From: Paraspadella gotoi
Lineage: Eukaryota > Animalia > Chaetognatha
NCBI GenBank assembly: GCA_051294375.1
Contig: CM119264.1
Location: forward strand, 30,756,091 to 30,820,090
Direction of reading: 5' to 3'
Length of the DNA stretch: 64,000 nt
Shown here in pieces: positions 53,099 through 64,000 of this stretch. A model generated the notes under the pieces. It was given only the letters and a program-made list of their open reading frames with translations. It did no database searches and was not told the DNA's origin. The position numbers and the translations under genes were made by a program. Positions within the stretch are counted from its first letter, which is position 1; the number at the start of each line of letters is the position of its first letter.

Positions 53099-54766
53099 AT
53101 GAGTCGCTTATCGATTTTCGTCGCTATTTTAGTCGTTTTCGTCGTCGTCGGCGTCCAGGGAAGAAGTATTGGAAAAGGGAAAAAGTACAATCCCAGGTAT
53201 ATGGCAATGGAAATGGCAATGGTATCAGGAAATGGCAGATATCTGGGGTGAAATTTGTCAGGAATTAGGATTCAACAAAAACCAACCAATCATTTTTTTT
53301 ATTCCTGCCAAAAAAAAAAACTTGAGAGAGCCAATCAATCAATCAATCTAATCTTGCCAACGACAACTATTCCTGCTGCCAAAATAACTCTGAAGCCTTT
53401 TTCATTGTTCCCGCGTTCTTACAGACCGATCCCGCCACAAGACATCGTCGAAACATTCGATAAGAAACCTCGATCGTTGGAAGACAAAGGTGAACAAAAG
53501 AGCAAAGCTTGGAATTTATTGTGAATAATTGCTTAATATTGCTTCAAATTCATGGTTAATTGTTGCTCTATATTGCGTTTATCTATAACTCTTGGCTTTC
53601 TTTTTTTCCTCTTGCAATTTAACGTCTTTAATTTTTGTCCTAACTATGACATTCTGTCATTAAATCTCCTGGAAAGGAGACGTGATGTCTATTTCCACTA
53701 AGAAATTGGAACAACCAATATAAAATTATCCGTTCATTGTTTTACATGCAAGAGTGATGGAGGCCTTAAACCACCAAAGTCAGCATAGCCTGTCAAGGGC
53801 AAGATAGTTTGTTTATTGTTATTACATTATAATAATTATATTATTATAATTTCATATTGGTTGTACCAATTTCATACTCTTACAATCTGCTTTGGGTTAG
53901 GTTGATTCTCCTGCGATGAAAACAAATACATCAATCGATTTTTTGAATCAAATTTTATGATCGTCAACAAAATTTTTTTTAGATCAAGTCGAAGGGATAC
54001 AGTCCGCCATCTTGAAAGAACTCGAAAGAAAAGAAAAGGAGGAGGAGGAAGAGGAGAAGGAGGGGGAGAAAGAGGGGGAGAAGGATGAGGAGGGAGAATT
54101 GGAAGCGGTAGAAGCGGAAGTCGAAGGGGAAATGGAATCCCTTTTCCATCCCGACGAAAAAACCCAAGAATTAGAGCAAGATACTGTGGTAAGTTTATTA
54201 TTTGCTAAGTCAAGTTTATACTGATCTTAGTCTGAGTTTAACTTAAGGTGAGTTCTCTTCTTTATGAGTCAAGTGGGTAAGTATAGAGTCGAAATAAACC
54301 AGAAGCAAGAATCTTAGAATTTTTTTTGACTTACTCTCTCTTCTTTCCTTTTTTCTCTGTCTTTCTGTTTTTCTTTTCATTTTTATCCGTACCTTCCTTC
54401 CTTTCTTCCTCCTCTTTCCCCCCTCTTCTTCCTCCTCCTCCTCTTCCTCCTTCTCTTCCTCCCTCTTCTCCAGAACGCCTTCGGAGATGTCGTCAATGAA
54501 GTGGGCAGCCTTGGCGATCAACTTGGAGATTTTCTGGGCGCCTTCTTCGGTCGGATTCTCGGTCTCGTTTGCGAGGCTGACGAGAGTAAGTATTGTTTGG
54601 GCGGGAATGAGTTTAAAGGTAAGGTTTTTGCCGTGGGGAAGGAGGTAAGTTAAGATGAGGTAAGGTAAGAAAGAGAAGGATGTGATGAACAAATGGATTA
54701 CAAATGACTAACGAGAATATGTAAGAGAAGCACAATAATTAAATAATCATAATAAATATTTATTCA

Positions 54767-54819
<53 letters not shown>

Positions 54820-56486
54820 AGACGTGGCCAAGTTAGCGAAAGCCGCCCCAAATGAAGCGGTCAAAACCTTCACCTTGGCTTCATTGAAAAGTCTGAAATC
54901 GATGTTGAAAGACGTTGGGCTCCTCGTCGGGGCTTTCGGTAAGATCCACTTTACAATAATGTAAAATGTAGCATGGAGGTCAAGACATGAATCTAGCTTT
55001 AAAGTCAATACATACACTACTAGTAAAATGCAAATATAAATGTTTATTTGTATGATGTAGTTGCAGTACATTTAAAAAAATAGAATTTATTTATTTATAT
55101 ATATATATATATATGTATATTTTTACTTAGTTTTACGCTGTCCCTTTCCTTTTTTCTCTCTTTCCTTTTTTCTCTCTTTCCTTTTTCCTCTCTTTCCTTT
55201 TTCCTCTCTTTCCTTTTTCCTCTCTTTCCTTTTCCTCTCTTTCTTTTTCCTCTCTTTCCTTTTTCCTCTCTTTCCTTTTTCCTCTTCTTTTTCTCTTTTC
55301 CTTTTTCTCCTTTCCTTTTTCCTCTTTCTTTTCCTTTTTCCTCTCTTTCCTTTTCCTCTCTTTCATTTTTCCTCTCTTTCCTTTTCCTCTTCTTTTTCCT
55401 TCTCTTTTTTCCTCTTTTTCCTTTTCCTCTTTTCCTTTTTCCTCTTTCCTTTTCCTTTTCCTCTCTTTCCTTTTCCTCTCTTTCATTTTCTCTTTTTCCT
55501 TTTTCCTCTTTCCTTTTTCCTCTTTCCTTTTTCCTTTTTCCCCTCTTTCCTTTTTCCTCTCTTTCCTTTTCCTCTCTTTCCTTTTTCCTCTCTTTACCTT
55601 TTCCTCTCTTTCCTTCTTCTTCCTCCCCTTATGTCCCCTTTTCCTTTCTCTTCCTCCCTCTTCTGCCTTTCCCCAGATTCCGCCCCCGAATCCGGCAAAG
55701 CCTCCGGCGAAGCCTCCGGCGAAGCCTCCGGCAAGGCCTCCGGCAAAGCCTCCGCCTCCGACTCCTCGTCCGCCCAGCTTTCCGTCGCCACTCGCCAATT
55801 TTTCTCCGGTCACTCCTTAGCCTCTCTCTCTTCCTTGGGAGAGAAACTTCACAAAAGTTTCTCCAAATTGGATGAACTCCTTTCCTCTTATTTATCATGG
55901 GAGGGACATCAGTTGGACGCATTTCTGAAAGAGTAAGGAGAGAGGGGATTTGGGACAATTCACTAGGTTTCAATCAATCAATCAATCAGTGAAACAATCA
56001 ATTGGACGAACTCCTTTCCTCTTATTTATCATGGGAGGGACATCAGTTGGACGCATTTCTGAAAGAGTAAGGTTTCAATCAATCAATCAACCAATCAGTG
56101 AAACAATCAAGTTGCTTAATTGATAAATATCTATTTATTTATTCATCAATAATCATCAATTTGATATCTAATCAATGAATCAATCGATCAATTTAATAAT
56201 TAATCAATCAATTAAATATTCATCAAGCCATCGATAACTCAGAAAATCAGTCAATCAATTTTTTAAGCAAAAGCGTTTATCAATCCATCAATCATTGAAA
56301 TATACGATCATTAAATTTATATTAGTTAATAAGTAAAACAATAAATCAATTGATTACTAAATCAATCAAAATATTCTTATCTTCTTCCCCCTCAGATTAA
56401 ACGAGTGGATAGCAGAAGTCGAAAAAACGGACGCTGCAACAGTCAAAGAGCATTTTTTGAAGACGATGGAAGAATGGGAATGTTGA
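53099..56486 (+). CDS. 7-exon gene encoding a 314-aa predicted secreted, acidic, largely helical protein of unknown family. Exons: 53099-53196, 53425-53489, 53983-54188, 54474-54585, 54822-54938, 55677-55932, 56396-56486
   Basis: All six introns are GT-AG with pyrimidine tracts, and phases (2,1,0,1,1,2) join into one 945-nt ORF. It starts MSRLSIFVAILVVFVVVGVQG-RSIGKGKKYNPRP (signal-peptide-like), then has a Glu-rich segment and (ASGE/ASGK) repeats, and ends HFLKTMEEWEC-TGA. Confidence 0.88.
53702..53873. mobile_element. MITE copy with both TIRs, inside intron 2 of the secreted-protein gene
   Basis: gaaattggaacaaccaatat ... atattggttgtaccaatttc flanking the family core. Confidence 0.75.
55140..55625 (+). 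repeat. Intronic polypyrimidine array with a unit of about 16 bp (tttttcctctctttcc)
   Basis: Unit visible directly, within intron 5. Confidence 0.85.
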
Positions 56487-57026
56487 AAGTGGAATAATTT
56501 AGAGGAAAATATATTATTGATTGTGGAAAAGAAATGAAAACGAAATTTAGGATAAAAATTAAAATGAAAATACACAAATACATTATAACATTATAAAATA
56601 AAAGCAAAAAAATTAATCGCCCATTTACTATTACGATGTTTGTAGTGATAAACAGCTTCATGTAAAAAAAAACGATTCTAATGGTATTTCTTATTAGTTA
56701 TTGCGATTAGTATTTTGTTTACATTTTTTGACAACATGCTTCAATTGTGGTTATTTTTTGTGCACTTCATCATGGCAGAATAGTCAAAATGTATGATTGT
56801 CTTCAGATAACCTTTCTATTTGTCTATAATTCGTTTAAAACTGCAACGAAATATACACGTGTGAATCCTGAGCCTTTTAACTTTTTTAAATTAAAATTCA
56901 AGGATGAGTTTTATAGTTAAAATTGCATTTATAGATTAGATTAATGATGATGATGATGATGAAGAAGACGGTAAAATAAACAAAGATAAAAAGAAAGAAA
57001 GAAAAAAAGAAAGAAAGAAGGAAAAA

Positions 57027-57110
<84 letters not shown>

Positions 57111-57407
57111 AGGAAAGAAAGAAAGAGGAAAGATAAAAAGAAAGAAATAGAGAAAGAAAGAAAGAAAAACAGAAAGAAAAAAAGAAAAAAGGAAAGTGAC
57201 AATGAAAGAACAAGAAAAGGCAGACAAACAAAAACGACGACGATGACGACGACGACAATGATAACGATGACGAGGATGACGACGACGATGACGACGACGA
57301 CGACTACTCCCTTTGAACTGGTTGGTTTCATCCCAATTTGCTTCTGTAAAACATCTCTGACTCTCACTCTGACCGAAGAAGGAAAAAAATCGTAGATGGG
57401 GGAAAAA

Positions 57408-57472
<65 letters not shown>

Positions 57473-57518
57473 CTGACTAAAAGATTGTGAGAGAAAGAGG
57501 AGAGAAAGAGTCGGCGGG

Positions 57519-57595
<77 letters not shown>

Positions 57596-57599
57596 ATAG

Positions 57600-57651
<52 letters not shown>

Positions 57652-59264
57652 GAGGAGACGAGAAGAGAGAGAGGAGAGAGAAGAGACGTTTGCTAAAGAA
57701 AAAACCACGAAAAACGCCAGAAAAATCGATCGGACGAAATTCGTTTTAGTTTTACTTTTTATTTCACGAGAAAAAAATTTAACAGAATTAAATTAAGATT
57801 TAAACAATTTACATTTTTTGGAATGAATGTACGAAATAATTAATAATACTTTTTTTAGCTTAGCAAACAAACAAAAGAATCCGTTTTTCTTTTCTCAAAC
57901 TCTACATTGCATTTCTTCATAAATTTTTTTTTTTTCAAATTCCATCAAAAATATATTAAGTCATAAGAAATATTATTGTTATATAAATTAAAGCTGTAAT
58001 GGGTTCAATTATTCAATGTATATAATGAATGTTGAAAATCGAGTTAATGTTTCTATCGTGTTATATTCTTTTAAAAATTGTTGTTAACTGATGAATTAAA
58101 ATTAAACATAAAAGAATCATGCATCATAAACTTTCAAAAAATGTTTTTGACCGTAAATTAAGAAAAAAGATAATTTAATTCCCTTTTTTATTCATTAAAG
58201 ATTTGTTGTACTTCAAATTTACTTACTTTTTATTTCATTTTATTTATTTTTACTTCATTTTTATTTAGTTTTTTTTCCTAATTTTATTTATTTTAATTTT
58301 AGTTTTTCTTACATTTTTATTTTATATTAAATTCTTTTTTCGTGGATTCTATCTTCGGTTTTTATTATCGATTTTCAGTTTCCTTCTTTTTGTTTTGACT
58401 TTAATTCGAAAGATTTCCGTGGATTCTTGTTGTTGTTGTTTTTATCGTCTTCATTTTCGTCGTCTAAAAGATAGTGATCCATCCATGACTCACAGATTAT
58501 CTGTGAAAATTCGTCATCGTCATCGTCGTCGTCGTCGTCGTCTTGAGTTTAATCGGCGGGGGCGTTATCGTCTTCGTTATCGTCGTCGTCGTCGTCTTTA
58601 TCGTCATCATCTTCGTCGTCAAGATAAAAAGAAAATGAAAAAGATTCAAGAATGTTTTAAGTAAACGAGATGATCAGACGGATGTTTATCAAAAATCTAT
58701 TTCTTTCTTTCTTTACTTGCTTTCTTTCTTTTTCTTTATTTCTTTCTTTACCCGCTTTCTTTCTTTCTTTACTTGCTTTCTTTCTTTCTTGACTTGCTTT
58801 CTTGCTTTTTTTCTTTCTTTACTTGCTTTCTTTCTTTTTCTTTATTTCTTTCTTTACCTGATTTCTTTCTTTCTTTACTTGCTTTCTTTCTTTTTTTCTT
58901 TCTTTACTTGCTTTCTTTCTTTTTCTTTATTTCTTTGTTTACCTGATTTCTTTCTTTCTTTACTTGCTTTCTTTCTTTCTTTACTTTCTTTCTTTCTTTC
59001 TTTCTTTCTTTACTTGCTTTCTTTCTTTTTCTTTATTTCTTTCTTTCTTTTCTTTTCTTTTTTTTCTCGCTTCTCTAACTCCATATCTATGTATATCTAA
59101 CAGTATATATAAATGTATATCTAAATTTATATCTTAATGTATATCTAAATAATTGGTTTGTAAAAAAATATCAAATTTGATTACTTATTTATTATTTTGT
59201 TGGTTAATGATAAATGGGAGAGTAATGTTCAGAACAAACATAGAAATTAACCTTTTCACTTCAA

Positions 59265-59348
<84 letters not shown>

Positions 59349-59440
59349 CTCTCAGAGATCATCGCTTTCCGAGTGTATTCTCATAAAAAAAGTAGTATAA
59401 TGCAAATCAATGGGCGCGGAGAGAAAATGCGAGAGAGATA

Positions 59441-59498
<58 letters not shown>

Positions 59499-59505
59499 AA
59501 AGAGA

Positions 59506-59544
<39 letters not shown>

Positions 59545-60950
59545 TTAAAATACGACTCAAAGTAGTAAGTTGTCCGTGAAATGATAAGTCGAACAAATTT
59601 ATCAATTTTAAAGGTGAAATCTTATAACGAATCTTAAAGCTTTCTTGTTGCTCTATTAAACTGGTAAAACTAATATAAAATTATCGATTCATTTGATAAA
59701 TAAGCGATCTTGCCCCTGACTCTGGACAGGCTTTGGTGGTTTAAGGCCTCCATCACTTTAGCTGTCAGGTTTATGTTAGTTACTCATATTACTGACGATA
59801 GAATTATAAATATGTTTTGAGTTATTTTTTTTTATGTTTTCAGACTCAACTGCATATTAAAGCGTAATAAGAATTATAAATTTAACTTAAAATAAAATTC
59901 TAAAAGTGAGAAATGAGAAATTTATTAAAAAAGATTTTTAAAATTTTAATTTTAACCTACTCAATGAAATATATATTTTCCACATTTTTAAATTCAACCA
60001 ATCATAAAAAATACAAAATCTATATTTTCATCTCCTACTAAACAAAAAATCATAAAATAGATTAATACATTTGTTTCCATTTCACTTCCAATATTCTTCC
60101 GCGGAAAAAAAAGACTATTTTTCGTGCGTTCAACTCTGAAGATAAAAAAAGATAAAATATGGCGCAAACATTGAAAAATTTTCTTAGAAGAAAACAAAAG
60201 GAAGATAAAAATAGATATGTACACCAAAAAAAGTAAATAGAAAAGAAAAATATATAAATCTTAACGATGATCAATCAAATCGACAGATAAAATCCAACCA
60301 ACTGAAAAATAAAACAAACGATTTCGTTCGATTGATTTTCTGCCATCGGATGTCAATTTGTGAAGATGTCAGTTATCGAAATGACGGACGGACAAGCAAT
60401 CAAACCAAATTTAAATCCAATCTGAAATTCGGTCAAAATGATCCAGCAACCAACCAATAAACAGCGATCCTGGGCAACACATTCACTATCGCTACCAGCC
60501 TGAGTCCATAAGCGCAGCACCAGTGGCGTAAGAGCGAGAATTCTTTCTTCCCACCAAGCGGTCTTGGGTTCGCGCCCCATTGGTGTCAATGCTAGTAAGC
60601 CGGACGGAACGTCTAACCCACCAGTAGAGGCGGACTACATTCAGATCCCAAGTTCTGAAACTAGCAAATGACTGGAAATAATTTGACCTGTCGTGTGGTA
60701 CTAAAATCCAACCAATAAGACATCCATCTAATCAATGATCTATCCATTCGGCGACGCAAATAATCAGTAATCCAAACAATCATTAATCTAACCAATCGGA
60801 GATCAGACCAGTCATTAATCCTATCCTAAATCGTAATTCCAACCGCTCATCGTTCCAAACAACCAAGGATCCAAGCAATCAGCTCTCGAACCAATCACCT
60901 ATCCAACAAATCAGCCCTCCGACCAATAAATTATCCAACCAATCGATAAA

Positions 60951-61218
60951 ATGCCTCTGCGTCGAAGCGACTCTTTAGATTCCATCGCGAGTTTGATGGA
61001 AGAATGTCCTCCGCCGAGAGTCAACGAACCGAGGATGGCGGCGTCAGCGGCTGCGGCTGCTTCGGCGGCGGCGGCGGCGGCGGCGGCGACTGTGGAGGTT
61101 TGTATTGACGCTTGCATGAATGATGAGAAACGCGGAGGTCAAACCGCCATTGAAAAACTGTCGCCCTTTCCCGCTATTCATCCTTTCTCTCTCTCTCTCT
61201 CTTACTTCCTTTCTTTTT

Positions 61219-61252
<34 letters not shown>

Positions 61253-63531
61253 AGCCCCTCTCCCTCTCCCCTCCCCTTCGTCTCCACGCCCCCGTGGAGG
61301 CCAAAGGCGGGCCACGCCCACTTCGCTCTCGACGAAGCGTCACTTTGCCACGCGCTATCTCCGACGCCACCTTCGGCGTTGACGTCACTTCCGGTCGCCA
61401 CGCCCACCGTAACGTCAACGAGGGATCGACGTTCGAGGCCGATCGCAACCTCGCGTCACGTGATTTCGATCACGTGACCCAACCTCGTTTCAACGAACCT
61501 CGACATTCGATCTCAGGTCCTCGATACAACAATCAAAACAAAAACACTCTTAACTACAACACTCCTTCCGACAACACTTCATCTTCCTCAGTGTTGACGC
61601 CCTACAACAACACTCCTTCTTGCAACACGACTCTTCTTTTCAACACTGCGTCACGCAACATCACTCCTTTCTACAACACTTCCTCTTACAATAACGCCGT
61701 TGACGTTCCTTCTCTCAACACACTCTCTTACTCTAACGCTTCTCCTCACTATAACACTTCCTCTCTCTCCAACGCCACTCCTATCTACAACACTCATTCT
61801 CATAACACTTTCTCTTCTACCAACACTTCTCCTTTCAACAACGCTCTTTTTATCAACACTCCTCGCCATTTTTCCACTCCTTCCGCCTTCACCACTCCGC
61901 GCAAAGATCACGCCCCTTCCTCGGTCGACCAATCACATCACGCCTCTTCCTCGATCGACCAATCACATCGCGCCCCTTCCTCAAATGACCAATCACATCA
62001 CACCTCTTCCTCGATCGACCAATCACATCACGCCCCTTCCTCAATCGACCAATCACATCACGGTCACCACGTCCCTTCCGATTTTGACGTCAAACCCAAC
62101 GTCAAGTTTTATGACATGTTGCGTGACGTAACTTCGGACGTCGCTGCCCATGACGCGTGTATCGATCGACAACAACAACAACAAAGACAAGAACAACAAC
62201 AACAACACCTTCTCGATTATGGAAAAGAAAATCCGGAACATTTGCTTCTTGAACATCAACCGTTTCAACAGCATCAGCAAGAACTCCTTCGACATCACGA
62301 AAAACAACAGCAACATTTTCGAGAGAGAAGAAAAAAATCGATTGGGAAACAACAACAACAACAACAACAAGGTTCGTCATTTTTATGAAATGTACTTTTC
62401 TTTGCCAATGATTTTTTTTTTACTTATTTCGGTATTTTACAACATTAATCAAATTCCATAAAGTACTTTATATGCTGAAGTTTCAATTTAAATTATTTTT
62501 ATACAAGTTTTTTACTAGATACTATTTCGACGTACATCTCAAGAATGTAGTCATAGAATGTAGTTTTTTTTTTACACATTTTTCGCACCATTTTTTCCAT
62601 GATTGTATCCAAAGCTCAAAGTCTCTAACCTTAATTCCTATTCCTTTATCGTCGCTTTTGTCGTCGTAGTCGTCGTCGTCTATTTTTTCTTAACCTTCCC
62701 CTTCCTCCTCCTCTCCCTCCTCCTCCTCTCCCTCCTCCTCCCCCTCCTCCTCTTCTCCCTCCTCCTCCTCCTCCCCCTCCTCCTCTTCTCCCTCCCCCCT
62801 TCTCTCTCTCCAAAAACCGCGAAGTCTCAGATAAGAATTGAATTATTCATCAAAAGAAAAAACTAACCTCACTTTGAGTTAATATTAAACTTTGAGTTAA
62901 TCTTAAACTTTGAGTTAATCTTAAACTTTGAGTTAATCTAAAACTTTGAGTTAATCTTAAACTTTGAGTTAATCTTAAACTTTGAGTTAATCTTAAACTT
63001 TGAGTTAATCTTAAACTTTGAGTTAATCTTAAACTTTGAGTTAATCTTAAAATTTGAGTTCATCTTAAACTTTGAGTTAATCTTAAACTTTGAGTTAATC
63101 TTAAACTTTGAGTTAATCTTAAACTTTTCTCTTCTTCTCATATCTTTATTTTATCAATGAAATCGATATACAAACAATATAGAAATTATCCGTTCATTTA
63201 ATAAATAAGCTATCTTGCCCCTGACTTTGGAAAGGTTTAAGGCCTCCATCACTCTTACAAGATAATGACATAGCAGGTCCCAGCTTTCAATCAAGACTCA
63301 CAGTCTCGTTTATTCACTCCCCGAGAACCTGGCTTCCATATCATTGAAGTTGTATAATAATTTTGTTAAGTGTTTCAATTGTATAAACGGACAATATAAC
63401 TTTCATCAGTTAGCTTTGCTGTTTTGATGTCATTTCGTTATTTTATCATCTTTTTATCACTTATATGCAACTCACGTTCACTCCTGAGCCCAATGCGACA
63501 AATGTTATGGGGATTGAGTGAGAGAGAGAGA

Positions 63532-63584
<53 letters not shown>

Positions 63585-63816
63585 TATTATCACTGATGCA
63601 TGAATGTTTTCTATTTCTCTTTTCTTGTTTCCAATTTGATAAGGACCGTCAGACGACGACGACGACGACGAAAAGGATAATCCTTCACAAATACGAGAAA
63701 TAAACAAACAAACTAACATCATACGTGGAAGTTTTATCAAATGGCGACTTGAACCGAAGAGAAAGAAAAAGGAAGAAATATTATTTAATTACACAAAAAA
63801 TAACCTAATAAAATAG
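60951..63816 (+). CDS. Spliced low-complexity, probably disordered protein. Exons 60951-61097 and 61255-62371 (or read-through to the stop at 62388); candidate last exon 63644-63816
   Basis: MPLRRSDSLDSIASLMEEC...polyA-TVE then gtttgt; (ct)n-acag then PLSLSPP joins in phase 0. The 1.1-kb open exon has N/T/S/Y repeats, SSIDQSHHAP-type 30-bp repeats and polyQ. A phase-1 join to GPSDDDDDDEKDNP...KWRLEPKRKKKEE is possible but less certain. Confidence 0.65.
62871..63126 (+). repeat. 18-bp tandem repeat (aaactttgagttaatctt), about 14 near-identical copies
   Basis: Unit visible directly, with only a few substitutions. Confidence 0.97.
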
Positions 63817-64000
63817 TATTTATTTCGACAACGTTTTCTCTTTCTTTTATTCTTCTTTTTTTTTAGTCAATTAAATTTTCATTTAAGTTTCTCAGCGGAA
63901 ATGAAAAAAAAAGATATATAATCTAATTGAGAAAGTATAATTATATTTTTTTTAATTTTCGCCCTGGGCTAGAAATCCACTATGAAATTAATTTCAATAG

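Noticed and set aside
62938-63141. (KFKINS)n ORF
   Set aside because: A by-product of a homogeneous 18-bp tandem repeat, probably intronic, with no synonymous-variation signal.

Overview
AT-rich, microsatellite-dense ((GA)n, (TCG)n, (AAAG)n, (AAT)n) eukaryotic DNA, probably from an invertebrate animal, in a gapped draft assembly. Nearly all ORF-track entries are translations of simple repeats. Manual splicing reveals a phase-consistent 7-exon gene for a 314-aa secreted acidic protein I do not recognise (53099-56486), a spliced low-complexity N/T/S/H/Q-rich gene (from 60951), and error-ridden exons of a probable GABA-B-like class C GPCR (minus strand, about 38.3-43.4 kb). Mobile DNA includes a frameshifted Ty3/Gypsy element with 3' LTR and PPT, a solo LTR with a 5-bp TSD, non-LTR fragments, MITE and HINE-like repeats, and small palindromic Penelope-type pLTR remnants carrying minimal hammerhead ribozyme cores. 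Four kb-scale inverted repeats dominate the window. Their indel-rich arms, exact 25-N gaps and topology point mostly to amplification or long-read fold-back artefacts. All alignments, translations and family assignments were done by eye, with no database search.
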